Positions 1-17,503 of a DNA stretch of 64,000 bases are shown here, piece after piece (positions within the stretch are counted from its first letter, which is position 1; each line of letters begins with the position of its first letter). Origin of the DNA: Gammaproteobacteria bacterium (GTDB lineage Bacteria > Pseudomonadota > Gammaproteobacteria > Tethybacterales > Persebacteraceae); the NCBI GenBank assembly GCA_965243565.1, contig OZ251571.1, positions 77,153 to 141,152 of the forward strand, given 5' to 3'. A program made the position numbers and the translations under genes. The notes under the pieces were generated by a model that saw nothing but the letters and a program-made list of their open reading frames with translations, was not told the DNA's origin and made no database searches.

Positions 1-972
1 GGTGGCTTTAATTCCGATGGTTCTGATATTAATGTAGAAAAATTACGTTATAAGCGAATCATTATTATGACTGATGCCGATGTGGATGGCGCTCATATCA
101 GCACGTTGATATTAACCTTGTTTTTTAGACATATGCGTAGTATGCTAGAGAATGGTTATATTTACATGGCACAACCCCCTTTGTATAAAGTAAGGTACAA
201 GAAAAAAGAACAGTTTTTGCTAGACAACAGAAAACTGAGCGATTACTTAACCGAGATAGTTCTTTCCGAAACAGATTATTGGGTGGATGACAGCCCGTTG
301 CCTAAAGAAGAGTATCAAAATTATGTCAAAGAGTGGCAAGCAATTAGCGAAAAAATGGATCAATTAAAAATATTTGCGGACGAAGAGGTTTTGTTGGGAT
401 TGATTTTTTCAGAAGGACGGGTTAATGATTGGGAAAATAAACAAGAAGTTGAAACCCTAAGTGACCAAATAAACACCAAAACACCGCTTGTTTTTTCGTT
501 TGAAGTCGAAGCAGATTCTGCCGATGGCGGCTGGCTAGTAGCAGGAAAATGCAACGAAAATGGGTACATCCGCGAATTTAAAATCACCCGCCGACTATTG
601 CAAAACAGTCGCTACCTCGAAATGATAGAAAAATCAAAATCTTTATCTGCCGTGCTTAATCAAACCGCTGTTATCAAACAAGACAAAGAAAAAGATATTG
701 CGGTTGATAGTTTTCCGGCAGCGATGAAACAATTATTATCGAAAGCCAAAGAGTCTATTTTTATCCAACGTTTTAAGGGGCTAGGCGAAATGAATCCAGA
801 GCAATTATGGGAAACCACCATGTCGCCACAAAATAGAAGCTTGCTAAAAATAGGAATAGAAGACGCACAAGAAGCCGATAGGATTTTTTCGATGCTGATG
901 GGGGATGTTGTAGAGCCGCGCAAGGCGTTTATTAACGACAACGCACGATATGTTACAAACCTTGATACCTAA
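1..972 (+). CDS. gyrB: DNA gyrase subunit B, 3' part (gene starts before the window)
   Basis: Frame open from base 1 (..KLRYKRIIIMTDADVDGAHI), QRFKGLGEMNPEQLWETTM, proteobacterial-type ~170-aa insert. Confidence 0.97.
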   Translation, partial: GGFNSDGSDINVEKLRYKRIIIMTDADVDGAHISTLILTLFFRHMRSMLENGYIYMAQPPLYKVRYKKKEQFLLDNRKLSDYLTEIVLSETDYWVDDSPLPKEEYQNYVKEWQAISEKMDQLKIFADEEVLLGLIFSEGRVNDWENKQEVETLSDQINTKTPLVFSFEVEADSADGGWLVAGKCNENGYIREFKITRRLLQNSRYLEMIEKSKSLSAVLNQTAVIKQDKEKDIAVDSFPAAMKQLLSKAKESIFIQRFKGLGEMNPEQLWETTMSPQNRSLLKIGIEDAQEADRIFSMLMGDVVEPRKAFINDNARYVTNLDT

Positions 973-984
973 ACTATAAATTCG

Positions 985-5918
<4,934 letters not shown>

Positions 5919-5919
<1 letters not shown>

Positions 5920-7103
5920 TGAGCTTATACGAACAATACAAACAAAACGTATTGGAAACTTACGCCCCACCTAAAATGGTTTTTGCAAAAGGTGAGGGCT
6001 CGTATTTGTTTGATACCAGCGGAAAGGCTTATGTTGATTTTGGGGGCGGTATAGCTGTCTTGTCATTGGGACATTGTCCACCTGTTTTGTCGGAGGCAAT
6101 TGCCAAGCAAGCCAAAACGCTGATGCATTTGTCAAACCTACATATTAACGAACCTGTTATTCACTTAGCCCAATGCTTGTGTGATAATACTTTTGCCGAG
6201 CGAGTCTTTTTTTGTAACTCAGGTGCCGAAGCCAACGAGGCTGCGATAAAAATTGCCCGAAAAAGAGGAATCGAAAAATATCCTGAAAAATACCACGTGT
6301 TGTCGTTTTCTAAAAGTTTTCACGGTCGTTTAGGTTTTTCTATGGCAGCGACAGGACAAGAAAAAATAAGTAAAGGTTTTGGTCCTTTGGCGCCGGGCTT
6401 TCGAGTGGCTTTATTTAACGATTGTCAAGCACTTGAGCAAGCGTGTGATGAATCGCTTTGTGCAATAATTGTTGAGCCGATACAAGGTGAAGGAGGCATT
6501 AATAAAATATCACCTGCATTTTTATTGGCATTACAACAGATGGCAATAAAATACGATGCCTTGCTTATCTTTGATGAAATTCAATGCGGCGCTGGACGTA
6601 CCGGTTCTTTATATACTTATATGCAAAGCGATGTTGCCCCCGATCTATTAACCTCAGCAAAAGGGTTGGGCTGTGGGTTTCCAGTGGGCGCCGTCCTCAT
6701 CGGTGAAAAAGCGCGAGATGTTTTGTCTGTTGGTTCTCATGGTACCACTTACGGTGGTAATGCTTTGGCAGCAACGGCAGCACTGACTGTTTTAAAAGAA
6801 ATACTAAGCGAGGGTTTTTTTGAAAACGTTGTTGCTCAAGGTCTGGTTTTTCGAGAGCGTTTAGAGGCGTTAAAAAACCGCTATCAGTGTTTTGGCGAAA
6901 TTCGGCAGTATGGTTTGTTAATTGGTTGTGATACAACGTTGCCATTAAAAGATGTCATTGCCACAGCACTTGAAGAGGGTTTGATAGTGCTTTCGGCAGG
7001 AACACAAACGCTACGGTTAACCCCTGCATTAAACATCTCCACAGAGGCCATGGATACCGGTTTTAATCGCCTAGAAAAAACCTTGCAGCGATTGACTGTT
7101 TAG
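5919..7103 (+). CDS. argD: Acetylornithine aminotransferase (class III PLP)
   Basis: GIAVLSLGH, NSGAEANE, FHGR, EPIQGEGG, DEIQCG, AKGLGCG, HGTTYGGN. Confidence 0.9.
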
Positions 7104-7121
7104 TTAAAAGCGTTAACAAAC

Positions 7122-8771
7122 TTATTTCTCTACAATTAGAGGGCGACCAGTGCTCCAGTCCAATTTTGGTGGCGTCTGAAAGGAATGATACGGCACTGGC
7201 GAGGGGAGATCCCATTCGAGTGAATCTGCACCTTCCCAAACACGTTTTTCTTTAACGGCTTTGCCATTGCGAATACAATCTAAAACAATGTATAAGAAAA
7301 GCACTTGTGAAAAACCAAAACCAAAGGCACCAATGGTGGATACCATGTTAAAGTCAGCAAATTGTAAAGCATAATCGGGAATGCGACGAGGCATACCGGC
7401 AAGACCAAGAAAATGCTGGACAAAAAAGGTGACATTAAAGAAGATCATTGATAACCAAAAATGCGTTTGCCCGAGTTTTTCGTTGTACATTTTTCCGGTC
7501 CATTTCGGTAGCCAAAAATAAACGCCGGCAAATAACGAAAATAATGAACCTGCTACCAAGACATAATGAAAGTGGGCAACGACATAGTAGGTATCTTGTA
7601 ACTGAATGTCTAAAGGTGCTACCGCTAGTATTAAACCGGTAAAGCCACCAATGGTGAAGAGGACAATGAAACCAATGGCAAAGAGCATTGGTGTTTCAAA
7701 AGTCATTGAGCCTTGCCACATGGTTGCCACCCAATTAAATACCTTAACGCCAGTGGGGACGGCAATGAGCATGGTGGCATACATAAAGAAGAGGATTCCG
7801 GTTAGCGGCATACCAACGGTAAACATATGGTGTGCCCACACAATAAACGATAATAAAGCGATGCTTGTTGTGGCATAGACCATAGAAGAATAACCAAACA
7901 AAGGCTTACGAGCAAACGCTGGAATAACTTGAGAGACGATACCAAATGCAGGCAATGCCATGATATAAACTTCGGGGTGACCAAAGAACCAAAAAATATG
8001 CTGATAAAGGACAGGGTCGCCACCACCAGCGGCGTTAAAAAAGGCAGTGCCAAAGTGTCTATCAGTTAGCAACATGGTAACAGCGGCTGCCAATACAGGC
8101 ATGACGGCGATTAAAAGAAAAGCGGTAATAAGCCATGTCCAAATAAAAAGTGGCATACGCATCAAAGGCATGTCGGGCGATCGCATATTGAGGATGGTGG
8201 TCATAATGTTAATGGCCCCCATAATAGAAGAGATACCCATTAAGTGAATTGCGAATATTGCCATATCCATTCCAACGCCTTGTTGAGTTGACAATGGAGC
8301 ATAAAGAGTCCAGCCGGCTGCCGTTGCACCACTGGGTGTGAAGAATGAACCGATTAGCAATAGTCCAGCGACGGGCAATAACCAAAAAGACCACAGGTTT
8401 AGGCGGGCAAAAGCCATGTCAGGAGCACCTATCATTAGAGGGACTTGCCAGTTGGCAAAACCAGTAAACGCAGGCATGATGGCACCAAACACCATAATTA
8501 AGCCGTGCATGGTGGTGAGCTGATTAAAAAATTCGGGAGCGACTATTTGCAAACCGGGTTGAAAAAGTTCGGCTCGAAGTAACAACGCCATAACACCACC
8601 CGAAAAAAACATAATGAGCGCAAACCAAAGGTATAAAGTACCAATGTCTTTGTGGTTGGTTGTGGTTAGGTAATGAAGGGCGATGGCTTTAAAGCCAGAA
8701 GGTTTGTGATGGACGTGGTCATCGTGGTGGTTGAGGACGCCTGCTGTATCTAGTGTGGTGCTGTGCTGCAT
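7122..8771 (-). CDS. ctaD: Cytochrome c oxidase subunit I (aa3, A-family)
   Basis: [38 protein letters not shown]. Confidence 0.97.
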   Translation of the reverse strand: MQHSTTLDTAGVLNHHDDHVHHKPSGFKAIALHYLTTTNHKDIGTLYLWFALIMFFSGGVMALLLRAELFQPGLQIVAPEFFNQLTTMHGLIMVFGAIMPAFTGFANWQVPLMIGAPDMAFARLNLWSFWLLPVAGLLLIGSFFTPSGATAAGWTLYAPLSTQQGVGMDMAIFAIHLMGISSIMGAINIMTTILNMRSPDMPLMRMPLFIWTWLITAFLLIAVMPVLAAAVTMLLTDRHFGTAFFNAAGGGDPVLYQHIFWFFGHPEVYIMALPAFGIVSQVIPAFARKPLFGYSSMVYATTSIALLSFIVWAHHMFTVGMPLTGILFFMYATMLIAVPTGVKVFNWVATMWQGSMTFETPMLFAIGFIVLFTIGGFTGLILAVAPLDIQLQDTYYVVAHFHYVLVAGSLFSLFAGVYFWLPKWTGKMYNEKLGQTHFWLSMIFFNVTFFVQHFLGLAGMPRRIPDYALQFADFNMVSTIGAFGFGFSQVLFLYIVLDCIRNGKAVKEKRVWEGADSLEWDLPSPVPYHSFQTPPKLDWSTGRPLIVEK

Positions 8772-8936
8772 GGGTTACTTCCTTTGATATTTTCGAATCA
8801 TACTACCGTTTGCTGATTCTACACTAAAACAAATTGCAAGAATCCGAGAAAGGTTTACTTAGTCAGATTCGCCATTTTTTTGTTGATTGTATTATAATTC
8901 GATTATGTTTCAATTGGCATTAGAGCAGGAGTGGCA

Positions 8937-9251
8937 ATGATAGTGTCAACCACCAATGTGATAGAGGGTAAAACTGTTAAAGAATATTTGGGGGTAGTCT
9001 CAGGTGATGCTATTGAAGGAAGCAATGTGGTAAAAGATATGATGGCAAGTGTGCGCGATTTCGTCGGAGGACGATCGGCTACTTACGAAAAGGTGCTCGA
9101 TGAAGCAAGAGCGGCCGCACTTTTTGATTTGCAACAAAAAGCAGGGAAGTTGGGGGCCAATGCGATTATTGGTTTGAGTCTCGACTATTGTATTATTAGA
9201 GATTCCATGATGTTGGTAACGACAACAGGCACCGCTGTGGTGGTAGAATAG
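8937..9251 (+). CDS. ybjQ: YbjQ/UPF0145 family protein
   Basis: [30 protein letters not shown]; AGGAG 5 nt before ATG 8937 favours this start over GTG 8931. Confidence 0.9.
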   Translation: MIVSTTNVIEGKTVKEYLGVVSGDAIEGSNVVKDMMASVRDFVGGRSATYEKVLDEARAAALFDLQQKAGKLGANAIIGLSLDYCIIRDSMMLVTTTGTAVVVE

Positions 9252-9280
9252 CGGTATTAAATCTAAAAGAAATAAAAAGT

Positions 9281-10141
9281 ATGTCAGCAGCAAAAGAAAT
9301 ACGCAATAAAATAAAAAGCGTTAAAAACACGCAAAAAATAACCAAAGCCATGGAAATGGTTGCCGCCTCAAAAATGAGACGCGCCCAAGAGCGTATGCGA
9401 CAAACTCGACCCTATGGTGAAAAAATCCGTAGTGTTTGTTCGCATTTGGTTGCCTCAAACACAGAATATAGGCACTCTTTTTTAATCGAGCAAACCGAGG
9501 TTAAGGCGGAAGGCTATATTGTCATTACTTCAGACAAAGGGCTTTGTGGTGGTTTAAATACCAATGCCTTGCGTTTATTAATAGCAACAAACAAAGACAA
9601 TGAAAACTCTTTGTTTACGGTTATTGGTGGAAAGGGTGCTAATTTTATTCAGCGCTTGGGAGCCAACATCATCTCACAATACGTCGCATTTGGTGATAAG
9701 CCTGATGCAGGCGATTTGTTGGGTGCGGTTAAAGCCATGCTTGATGCCTATCGCAACGGTGAAATAAGTCGAGTTAACCTTGTGTACACGCGTTTTCTTA
9801 ATACGGTTAAGCAAGAGCCTGTTTGTGAACAGCTATTGCCTGTGCCTAAAGAAAGCCTCGAAGATGAACAAACAAAAAAATTCACTTGGGATTATCTTTA
9901 CGAACCATCTGCGGATTCCGTTATCGACTTGCTTCTTTCGCGCTACATAGAAGCGGTGGTGTTCCAATCACTTGCTGAAAACATTGCCAGCGAGCAAGCC
10001 GCCCGTATGGTTGCCATGAAAGCTGCCACAGATAATGCGGGGAATCTTATTGATGAACTACAGTTGGCATACAATAAATCTCGCCAAGCCTCAATTACAC
10101 AAGAAATTGCCGAAATTGTTGGCGGTGCTGCTGCCGTTTAG
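9281..10141 (+). CDS. atpG: ATP synthase F1 gamma subunit
   Basis: [48 protein letters not shown]. Confidence 0.98.
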   Translation: MSAAKEIRNKIKSVKNTQKITKAMEMVAASKMRRAQERMRQTRPYGEKIRSVCSHLVASNTEYRHSFLIEQTEVKAEGYIVITSDKGLCGGLNTNALRLLIATNKDNENSLFTVIGGKGANFIQRLGANIISQYVAFGDKPDAGDLLGAVKAMLDAYRNGEISRVNLVYTRFLNTVKQEPVCEQLLPVPKESLEDEQTKKFTWDYLYEPSADSVIDLLLSRYIEAVVFQSLAENIASEQAARMVAMKAATDNAGNLIDELQLAYNKSRQASITQEIAEIVGGAAAV

Positions 10142-10145
10142 GCGA

Positions 10146-10829
10146 ATGACCCAACATTATAAATGGATGCGGTTGTTTATTACGTGCCGTCTATTCTTTT
10201 TAATGAGCATTGTATTGCTCCCTTCTTGTACGCTAAGTGGTCTTAATAATTTGGATAGCAGTTTTTCCGAACCCATTATTCAATCCACCGATGCCGTCGG
10301 CGATATCGAAATTAAAATGCAGCCTGTCGATGTTTGGGATGAAAAAGGATCGGGAAATATAAAGGCCTATAATGTTAATGAAAAGCCTTACTTTTTTCGA
10401 CTAAAAGATGTAAAAATTACCGATCAAGCATGGGTACGAGTTGGCTTGTATTGGCAGACAAAACTAAATAAAGTGGCATTGCCCATCGTTATATTGGGGC
10501 CTCCCGTCTCCATTAAAAAAATACAATTTGTTTTGGATAAAAACAAGCGAATAACACCGAAAAAGTTAAAAACCTTTTCATTTACCCCTGTCGAGAAACT
10601 ATTTGATAAAAATCTTTCTTCAGATTCTTTTGAAATCAGCAAAAACAATCTAAAACAAATAGTAGAAGCAAAGAATATAACGCTAATTGTCTCTACCACT
10701 CGAGGTAACCTAGTGGTTAATCTTGCGGTGGTAACAAGTGATGATGAAAAAACGTTACAAAATAGCGTAAAATACCTATTTACAGATTTTTATAATCGAA
10801 TGAGTGCAGTATTATCGCAAAATGGCTAG
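10146..10829 (+). CDS. Hypothetical lipoprotein inserted between atpG and atpD (start could be 10146, 10167 or 10203)
   Basis: Long ORF filling the atpG-atpD gap; hydrophobic stretch followed by lipobox-like LLPS-C. Confidence 0.7.
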   Translation: MTQHYKWMRLFITCRLFFLMSIVLLPSCTLSGLNNLDSSFSEPIIQSTDAVGDIEIKMQPVDVWDEKGSGNIKAYNVNEKPYFFRLKDVKITDQAWVRVGLYWQTKLNKVALPIVILGPPVSIKKIQFVLDKNKRITPKKLKTFSFTPVEKLFDKNLSSDSFEISKNNLKQIVEAKNITLIVSTTRGNLVVNLAVVTSDDEKTLQNSVKYLFTDFYNRMSAVLSQNG

Positions 10830-10858
10830 CAATGCTATAAAATAGAGCTTCATAATAA

Positions 10859-12283
<1,425 letters not shown>

Positions 12284-12287
12284 TACT

Positions 12288-12707
12288 ATGCCATCAACGG
12301 TTGCTATAGAAGTTGTCAGTTCAGAAAAAACGCTTTACACAGGTGAGGCGTCAATGGTCGTCGCGCCCGGCATCGGGGGCGAATTAGGCATTTTGCCCAG
12401 ACACGCACCACTGTTAACACAAATTAAACCAGGCATTCTTAAAATTATGCAAGAAAACGGTGAAGAACTTTTAATGTATGTTTCAGGTGGTATATTAGAG
12501 GTACAACCTGATAAGGTAACGGTACTGGCAGACGTCGCAGAAAGAGGTGAAGACCTTGATGAAGAACGTGTTCTTTTGGCGCAAAAAGCAGCAGAAGAAC
12601 AAATGAATTCTGGCGTTGCTGATTTAGATTATGCAAAAGCACAAGCAGAGCTTGTCCGTGCGGTGGCCCAATTACAATTAATACAAAAACTAAGAAAATC
12701 ACGCTAA
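12288..12707 (+). CDS. atpC: ATP synthase F1 epsilon subunit
   Basis: GELGILPRHAPL, SGGILEVQP, follows atpD. Confidence 0.97.
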   Translation: MPSTVAIEVVSSEKTLYTGEASMVVAPGIGGELGILPRHAPLLTQIKPGILKIMQENGEELLMYVSGGILEVQPDKVTVLADVAERGEDLDEERVLLAQKAAEEQMNSGVADLDYAKAQAELVRAVAQLQLIQKLRKSR

Positions 12708-12714
12708 CCCTCAA

Positions 12715-12730
12715 TGTTTCATGTGAAACA
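12715..12730. promoter_or_regulatory. parS site (ParB-binding centromere)
   Basis: TGTTTCATGTGAAACA, 15/16 match to consensus TGTTTCACGTGAAACA; intergenic. Confidence 0.85.
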
Positions 12731-12747
12731 CTCGATTTTTCTCTCGA

Positions 12748-13959
12748 ATGACAATGAAACAAATACTATTAGGGCTCAGTGGAAGCATCGCATGTTATAA
12801 GTCGGCCTATCTATGCCGCCACCTAATGGAAAAAGGGTGTAATGTTCAAGTTGTAATGACACCCAATGCCACCCGTTTTATTTCACCTCTTACGATGCGT
12901 GCGTTGTCCAATAAACCTGTTTTTGTTGAAGAGTGGGACAACCCCAATAGTAAAGATGGCATGGACCACATTACTGCTGCTCGATTTTCTGATACCTTTA
13001 TTGTTGCCCCAGCAAGTGCCTCGTTTATAGCAAAAGCAGCCACTGGTGTGGCAGACAATGTTTTATTGGCGGCCTTTTTGGCAACCAATGCCCAGCGCTA
13101 TATTGCCCCAGCAATGAATTGCTATATGTGGAATGCCGCTGTAACACAGCGTAACATAGAAAAATTAAAACAAGATGGCGTTATTGTGTTAATGCCTGAT
13201 AGTGGCGAGCAAGCGTGTGGAGACTACGGGGAAGGGCGTATGCAAGAGCCTTTGGAAATAGCCAAACAACTCACCAGCACCGAAAAAAACTGCTTTACTG
13301 CCAAAAAGGTAGTTATTAGCACGGGTGCCACTGTTTCTTTTATTGATCCAATGCGATACATAAGCAATAAAAGCAGTGGTTTGATGGGGTATTGTTTGGC
13401 TGAAGCAATAAAAAAAGTGGGTGGAGAGCCAATAGTGGTGGCTGGGCAATCGCAAGCGATTGCTCCAAAACACATTCCTGTTATCTCTGCGATACAAAAT
13501 AATGATATGGAAAAAACTATTTTAGAACAAACTCAAAATGCAGAGTGGTTTTTTTCGGTGGCAGCAGTAGCAGATTTTGTCGTTGACAAAGTCGCTACTC
13601 AAAAAATTGAAAGACAAGAAGGGCAAAATCTTTCGATTAATCTAAAGTCAACCAATGATATTTTAAAAACAGTGGTTGCACAACGGCCACATTTAAAATG
13701 TTTGGGTTTTGCTGCACAAAATGATCTATCAGAAGAACAAGCAACGAAAAAAATGCAAAAGAAAGGTGTTTTGTATATGGCGGTCAATCATTTAGATGAT
13801 GCAGGCAAAGCGGACAGTCAGTTGTATTTATTGCATCCCAAAGGGCGTACAGATTTTAACAGGCAGTCCAAAGCAGAGATTGCCAATCAAATTGTAAAAA
13901 CTATTATTGAGGTTTCACGTGAAACCTTAGGAACCTTAGGAGGAAACAACCATGAGTAG
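12748..13959 (+). CDS. coaBC: Bifunctional phosphopantothenoylcysteine decarboxylase/ligase
   Basis: [52 protein letters not shown]. Confidence 0.95.
   Translation: MTMKQILLGLSGSIACYKSAYLCRHLMEKGCNVQVVMTPNATRFISPLTMRALSNKPVFVEEWDNPNSKDGMDHITAARFSDTFIVAPASASFIAKAATGVADNVLLAAFLATNAQRYIAPAMNCYMWNAAVTQRNIEKLKQDGVIVLMPDSGEQACGDYGEGRMQEPLEIAKQLTSTEKNCFTAKKVVISTGATVSFIDPMRYISNKSSGLMGYCLAEAIKKVGGEPIVVAGQSQAIAPKHIPVISAIQNNDMEKTILEQTQNAEWFFSVAAVADFVVDKVATQKIERQEGQNLSINLKSTNDILKTVVAQRPHLKCLGFAAQNDLSEEQATKKMQKKGVLYMAVNHLDDAGKADSQLYLLHPKGRTDFNRQSKAEIANQIVKTIIEVSRETLGTLGGNNHE
13911..13926. promoter_or_regulatory. parS site inside the coaBC 3' end
   Basis: GGTTTCACGTGAAACC; perfect palindrome extending to 18 bp (13910-13927). 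Confidence 0.8.
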
Positions 13960-14233
13960 AACCGTTTTTTGTGTTAAAGCCAATAAAGAAGTAGAAGGGC
14001 TTGATAAGCCGCCTTATCCAGGCGAATTAGGACAACAAATTTTTGAAAACGTCGGAAAAGAAGCGTGGAAAGATTGGTTAGAGCATCAAAAAATGCTGGT
14101 TAATGAATACCGTTTAAACTTAATGGATCAGCGCGCTCGAAAAATGTTGCTAGAACAAACCAAAGTCCACTTTTTTGAAGAAGGTGAGGCAGATATGGCT
14201 TCTGGCTATGTTGTACCGGATGACACAAAATGA
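13952..14233 (+). CDS. yggX: Fe(II)-trafficking / oxidative damage protection protein
   Basis: [33 protein letters not shown]. Confidence 0.95.
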   Translation: MSRTVFCVKANKEVEGLDKPPYPGELGQQIFENVGKEAWKDWLEHQKMLVNEYRLNLMDQRARKMLLEQTKVHFFEEGEADMASGYVVPDDTK

Positions 14234-14634
14234 AAGTTAACGTCAATTGGAAAGACAATGTTGCTTTTGATGTTTCAACCGAAAGCGGTCATAGTTTTAT
14301 CATAGATGGACCGCCTGCCCATGGTGGACAAAATCAAGGTTTTCGCCCAATGGAGGCGATATTGGCAGGAGCGGCATCGTGTAGTGCCTTTGATGTTGTT
14401 CATATTCTGAATAAAAAAAGAAAACCACCGACGCATTTGTCCGTTGAGGTACAAGGCACTCGCGCCGACACTGATCCCAAAGTCTTTATTGTGATTGACC
14501 TAACTTTTACGATAGGCGGTGTGAATGAGGCTGCTGCCAATCATGCCGTACAATTGAGTGTTGAAAAATATTGTTCTGCGTTGGTTATGCTTGCATCTGC
14601 TTGTAAAATAAACTACGCGGTTAAACTGCTGTAA
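14230..14634 (+). CDS. OsmC family protein (YhfA-like)
   Basis: SGH..IDG, GFRPME, conserved Cys in ASCSAFDV and EKYCS. Confidence 0.9.
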   Translation: MKVNVNWKDNVAFDVSTESGHSFIIDGPPAHGGQNQGFRPMEAILAGAASCSAFDVVHILNKKRKPPTHLSVEVQGTRADTDPKVFIVIDLTFTIGGVNEAAANHAVQLSVEKYCSALVMLASACKINYAVKLL

Positions 14635-14648
14635 AAGAAAGGCAAGCG

Positions 14649-15824
14649 ATGTTCGAAAAAAAAACAAAAAGGGTTTTAATTAATCTTCTATTGTCGTTGT
14701 TGATGCTTTCTCCCCCTGTTTGGGCAGGGCCCGATATAAAAGCAGAGTCTTATATTTTGATGGATTTTGACACAGGATCTATTATTTCTTCAAAAAATGC
14801 TGATTTACGCTTGCCACCAGCCTCTTTAACCAAAATATTTTCTACGTATTTGTATTTTAATGCGATAAAAAATAAAACATTGAGTTTAAACGAAATGGTG
14901 CATGTTTCACGTGAAGCGTGGGGGTCTAATGTAGTAGGCTCTAAAATGTTTATAGAGGTTGATACGCAAGTATCCGTGAGCGACCTATTGCATGGGGTGA
15001 TAGTGCAATCGGGTAATGATGCGTCCATTGCTTTGGCTGAAGCAATAGCCGGCGATGAAAAAGTATTTGCTGAACTAATGAATGAGGAAGCCAAAAGACT
15101 AGGGTTAAAAGACAGCCGTTTTCAGAATGCAACAGGACTTCCTGCAAAACAACATTATTCTTCTGCTCGTGATGTTGCCTCAATAGTGAGGGCAATGATA
15201 AAAAAGTTTCCTGAATTGTATAAATTGTACTCAGTACAAGAATTTACCTACAATAATATTACGCAATCCAATCGAAATTCTTTATTAACCAAATTTGTTG
15301 GGGCAGATGGTGTTAAAACAGGCTATACAAAGGCAGCGGGGTATTGCTTGGTCTCTTCGGCAGTACAAAACGGACGTCGTTTAATAAGTGTGGTTATGAA
15401 GACAAAATCAAAAAGAGCGCGCGCAGCAGCAAGTATAAAATTGTTGAATTACGGTTTTAAATTATTTGATAACGTTTTGTTGTTTGACAAGGACGATATT
15501 CGATCGCTTCCAGTGACAAAAGGGCAAGCAATTGAGGTTAAGGTAAGTCCTTTAGAAAAAGGGCTCTTTACCACTCGTCGTCAAAATTCGGATTTAATAA
15601 CAGAGTTTGTACCCACTACCGAAGTACTTTCGGCACCGATTTCCGTCGGCGATGTGCTAGGCACTATATCAGTGCGTCGAGGCGATACAGTTATTCAAAA
15701 AACGCCAGTTGTGGCGATAGAAGGCGTGTTGCAAAAAGGATATTGGGATTCGTTAATAGAAGATATAAAAGTTAATTACTTGGGGCACCCTGTCAATGAG
15801 CAACAAATGTTATCTGAATGGTAA
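14649..15824 (+). CDS. dacA: D-alanyl-D-alanine carboxypeptidase (PBP5/6)
   Basis: Signal peptide; SxxK (ASLTK), SGN, KTG motifs. Confidence 0.93.
   Translation: MFEKKTKRVLINLLLSLLMLSPPVWAGPDIKAESYILMDFDTGSIISSKNADLRLPPASLTKIFSTYLYFNAIKNKTLSLNEMVHVSREAWGSNVVGSKMFIEVDTQVSVSDLLHGVIVQSGNDASIALAEAIAGDEKVFAELMNEEAKRLGLKDSRFQNATGLPAKQHYSSARDVASIVRAMIKKFPELYKLYSVQEFTYNNITQSNRNSLLTKFVGADGVKTGYTKAAGYCLVSSAVQNGRRLISVVMKTKSKRARAAASIKLLNYGFKLFDNVLLFDKDDIRSLPVTKGQAIEVKVSPLEKGLFTTRRQNSDLITEFVPTTEVLSAPISVGDVLGTISVRRGDTVIQKTPVVAIEGVLQKGYWDSLIEDIKVNYLGHPVNEQQMLSEW
14903..14918. promoter_or_regulatory. Degenerate parS site inside dacA
   Basis: TGTTTCACGTGAAGCG, 14/16 match to consensus. Confidence 0.55.
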
Positions 15825-16650
15825 ATTTCTTGATTTAGCGGAGGCAAAAATATCGGTTTTGGATCGAGGTTTTTTGTTTGGTGATGGCGTCTATGAGGTT
15901 ATCCCCGTTTACAACCGTCGTCCTTATTTTTTAGAACGTCATATCAAGCGATTACAGTTGAGTTTAAACAGTATAAACCTTGATTTTACTGCTGAAACAC
16001 TTATTCAAACTATTTTTCATTGTATAAACAATTGCTCTAGCAACACCCAAATGGTTTATATTCAAGTCACGCGGGGCTATGAGCCTAGCAGGCAGCATTG
16101 CCCTGCTGCGATAAGCAAGCCAACGGTATTTATTTTATCGCGTCCTTTTACGCCACTTGCCATCGAACCCATTGCTTGCAAAAGCGACATCGACTTTCGT
16201 TGGCAACGAGGCGATATAAAATCAACCTCCTTACTGGCGGCGGTCATGCTGGCGGATGGTGCTAATAAAGATAAGGTAGATGAAATCATGCTCTTTAGAA
16301 ATGGCAACCTTACCGAAGGCTATAAAAGTAACTATGTTGTGGTAATCAACGAACAATTATTGACACCAATAAAAGACAATACGTTTCTGCATGGCATAAG
16401 TTGTGAAGTGTTGCTAGAATTGGCAACTAAAAATGGCTTGGACTGTCGCCAGACAGCGTTGTCGTATGATGATGTAAAAAATGCGGATGAAATCTTTATA
16501 TGTTCGACAACCAAAGGTGTTTTTCCGGTTACTAGTGTGGATAATTCACCGATAGGAAGTGGCGCGCCTGGGCACCTATTTTATGTGGTAAATGATATTT
16601 GGCATGCGTATATAGAGCAGCTGGCAAACGTTAAAACCCATGATGAATGA
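15796..16650 (+). CDS. dat: D-amino acid aminotransferase (class IV PLP)
   Basis: DRGFLFGDGVYEVI, YIQVTRG, DIKSTSLL; follows dacA. Confidence 0.85.
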   Translation: MSNKCYLNGKFLDLAEAKISVLDRGFLFGDGVYEVIPVYNRRPYFLERHIKRLQLSLNSINLDFTAETLIQTIFHCINNCSSNTQMVYIQVTRGYEPSRQHCPAAISKPTVFILSRPFTPLAIEPIACKSDIDFRWQRGDIKSTSLLAAVMLADGANKDKVDEIMLFRNGNLTEGYKSNYVVVINEQLLTPIKDNTFLHGISCEVLLELATKNGLDCRQTALSYDDVKNADEIFICSTTKGVFPVTSVDNSPIGSGAPGHLFYVVNDIWHAYIEQLANVKTHDE

Positions 16651-17503
16651 ATCCTTAGAAAAACAAGCCCAAACGGACGCCAAACAAGCGTTGGCAGAGG
16701 ACATAGGGGAGAAAGATCTTTCTGCTTCCTTGCTGCCAAATACGCCTGCTAAGGCGTATTTGTATTGCCGAGATATAAATGCTGTACTATGTGGTCAAGC
16801 ATGGTTTGAAGCGTGTTTTAAAGCGTTGGGTCAAGCACATTTTAATTGGCACAAGAACGATGGCGATGAGCTGGTCGATACCAATGACATTATTTGCGAA
16901 ATAAGCAGCACTGCACATGCGTTATTGAGTGGTGAACGCAGTGCATTAAATTTTTTGCAAACTCTATCGGCAACAGCAACAGCAGCAAGGCAATGGCAGA
17001 AAATGGCCGCTGAGGCAACCGAAACAACCAAGTGCATTACGGTTGTTGATACTCGTAAAACCATTCCTTTATTGCGTTATGCGCAAAAATATGCCACTCG
17101 AATAGGGGGTATAAAAAATCATCGCTTGGGGTTGTTTGATGAGATATTGATAAAAGAAAATCATATATCAGTAGCAGGAAGTATTAAAAAAAGCCTAAAA
17201 TCTGCTAAAAACATCACAACATCTGATAAAATACAAATAGAGGTGCAAACGCTTAAACAGTTACAAGAAGCAATCGAGGCTGGTGCCACTCGCGTTATGT
17301 TGGATAACTTTAGTATTGATAATATAAAAAAAGCGGTTGCGGTTGCAGATGGTTGCTCCATCGAATTAGAAGCGTCCGGTAATATTAATAGCCGTGATTT
17401 TTTCGCCATAGCCCAAACGGGCGTTCATCGGGTATCAATAGGAGCAATCACTAAAAACATCATTGCTACTGATTTCTCTTTGTTGTTTGATGGCAATCAT
17501 TAA
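16640..17503 (+). CDS. nadC: Quinolinate phosphoribosyltransferase
   Basis: ERSALNFLQ, DTRKT, NHRLGLFD, IKENH, MLDNF, EASG. Confidence 0.96.
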   Translation: MMNESLEKQAQTDAKQALAEDIGEKDLSASLLPNTPAKAYLYCRDINAVLCGQAWFEACFKALGQAHFNWHKNDGDELVDTNDIICEISSTAHALLSGERSALNFLQTLSATATAARQWQKMAAEATETTKCITVVDTRKTIPLLRYAQKYATRIGGIKNHRLGLFDEILIKENHISVAGSIKKSLKSAKNITTSDKIQIEVQTLKQLQEAIEAGATRVMLDNFSIDNIKKAVAVADGCSIELEASGNINSRDFFAIAQTGVHRVSIGAITKNIIATDFSLLFDGNH

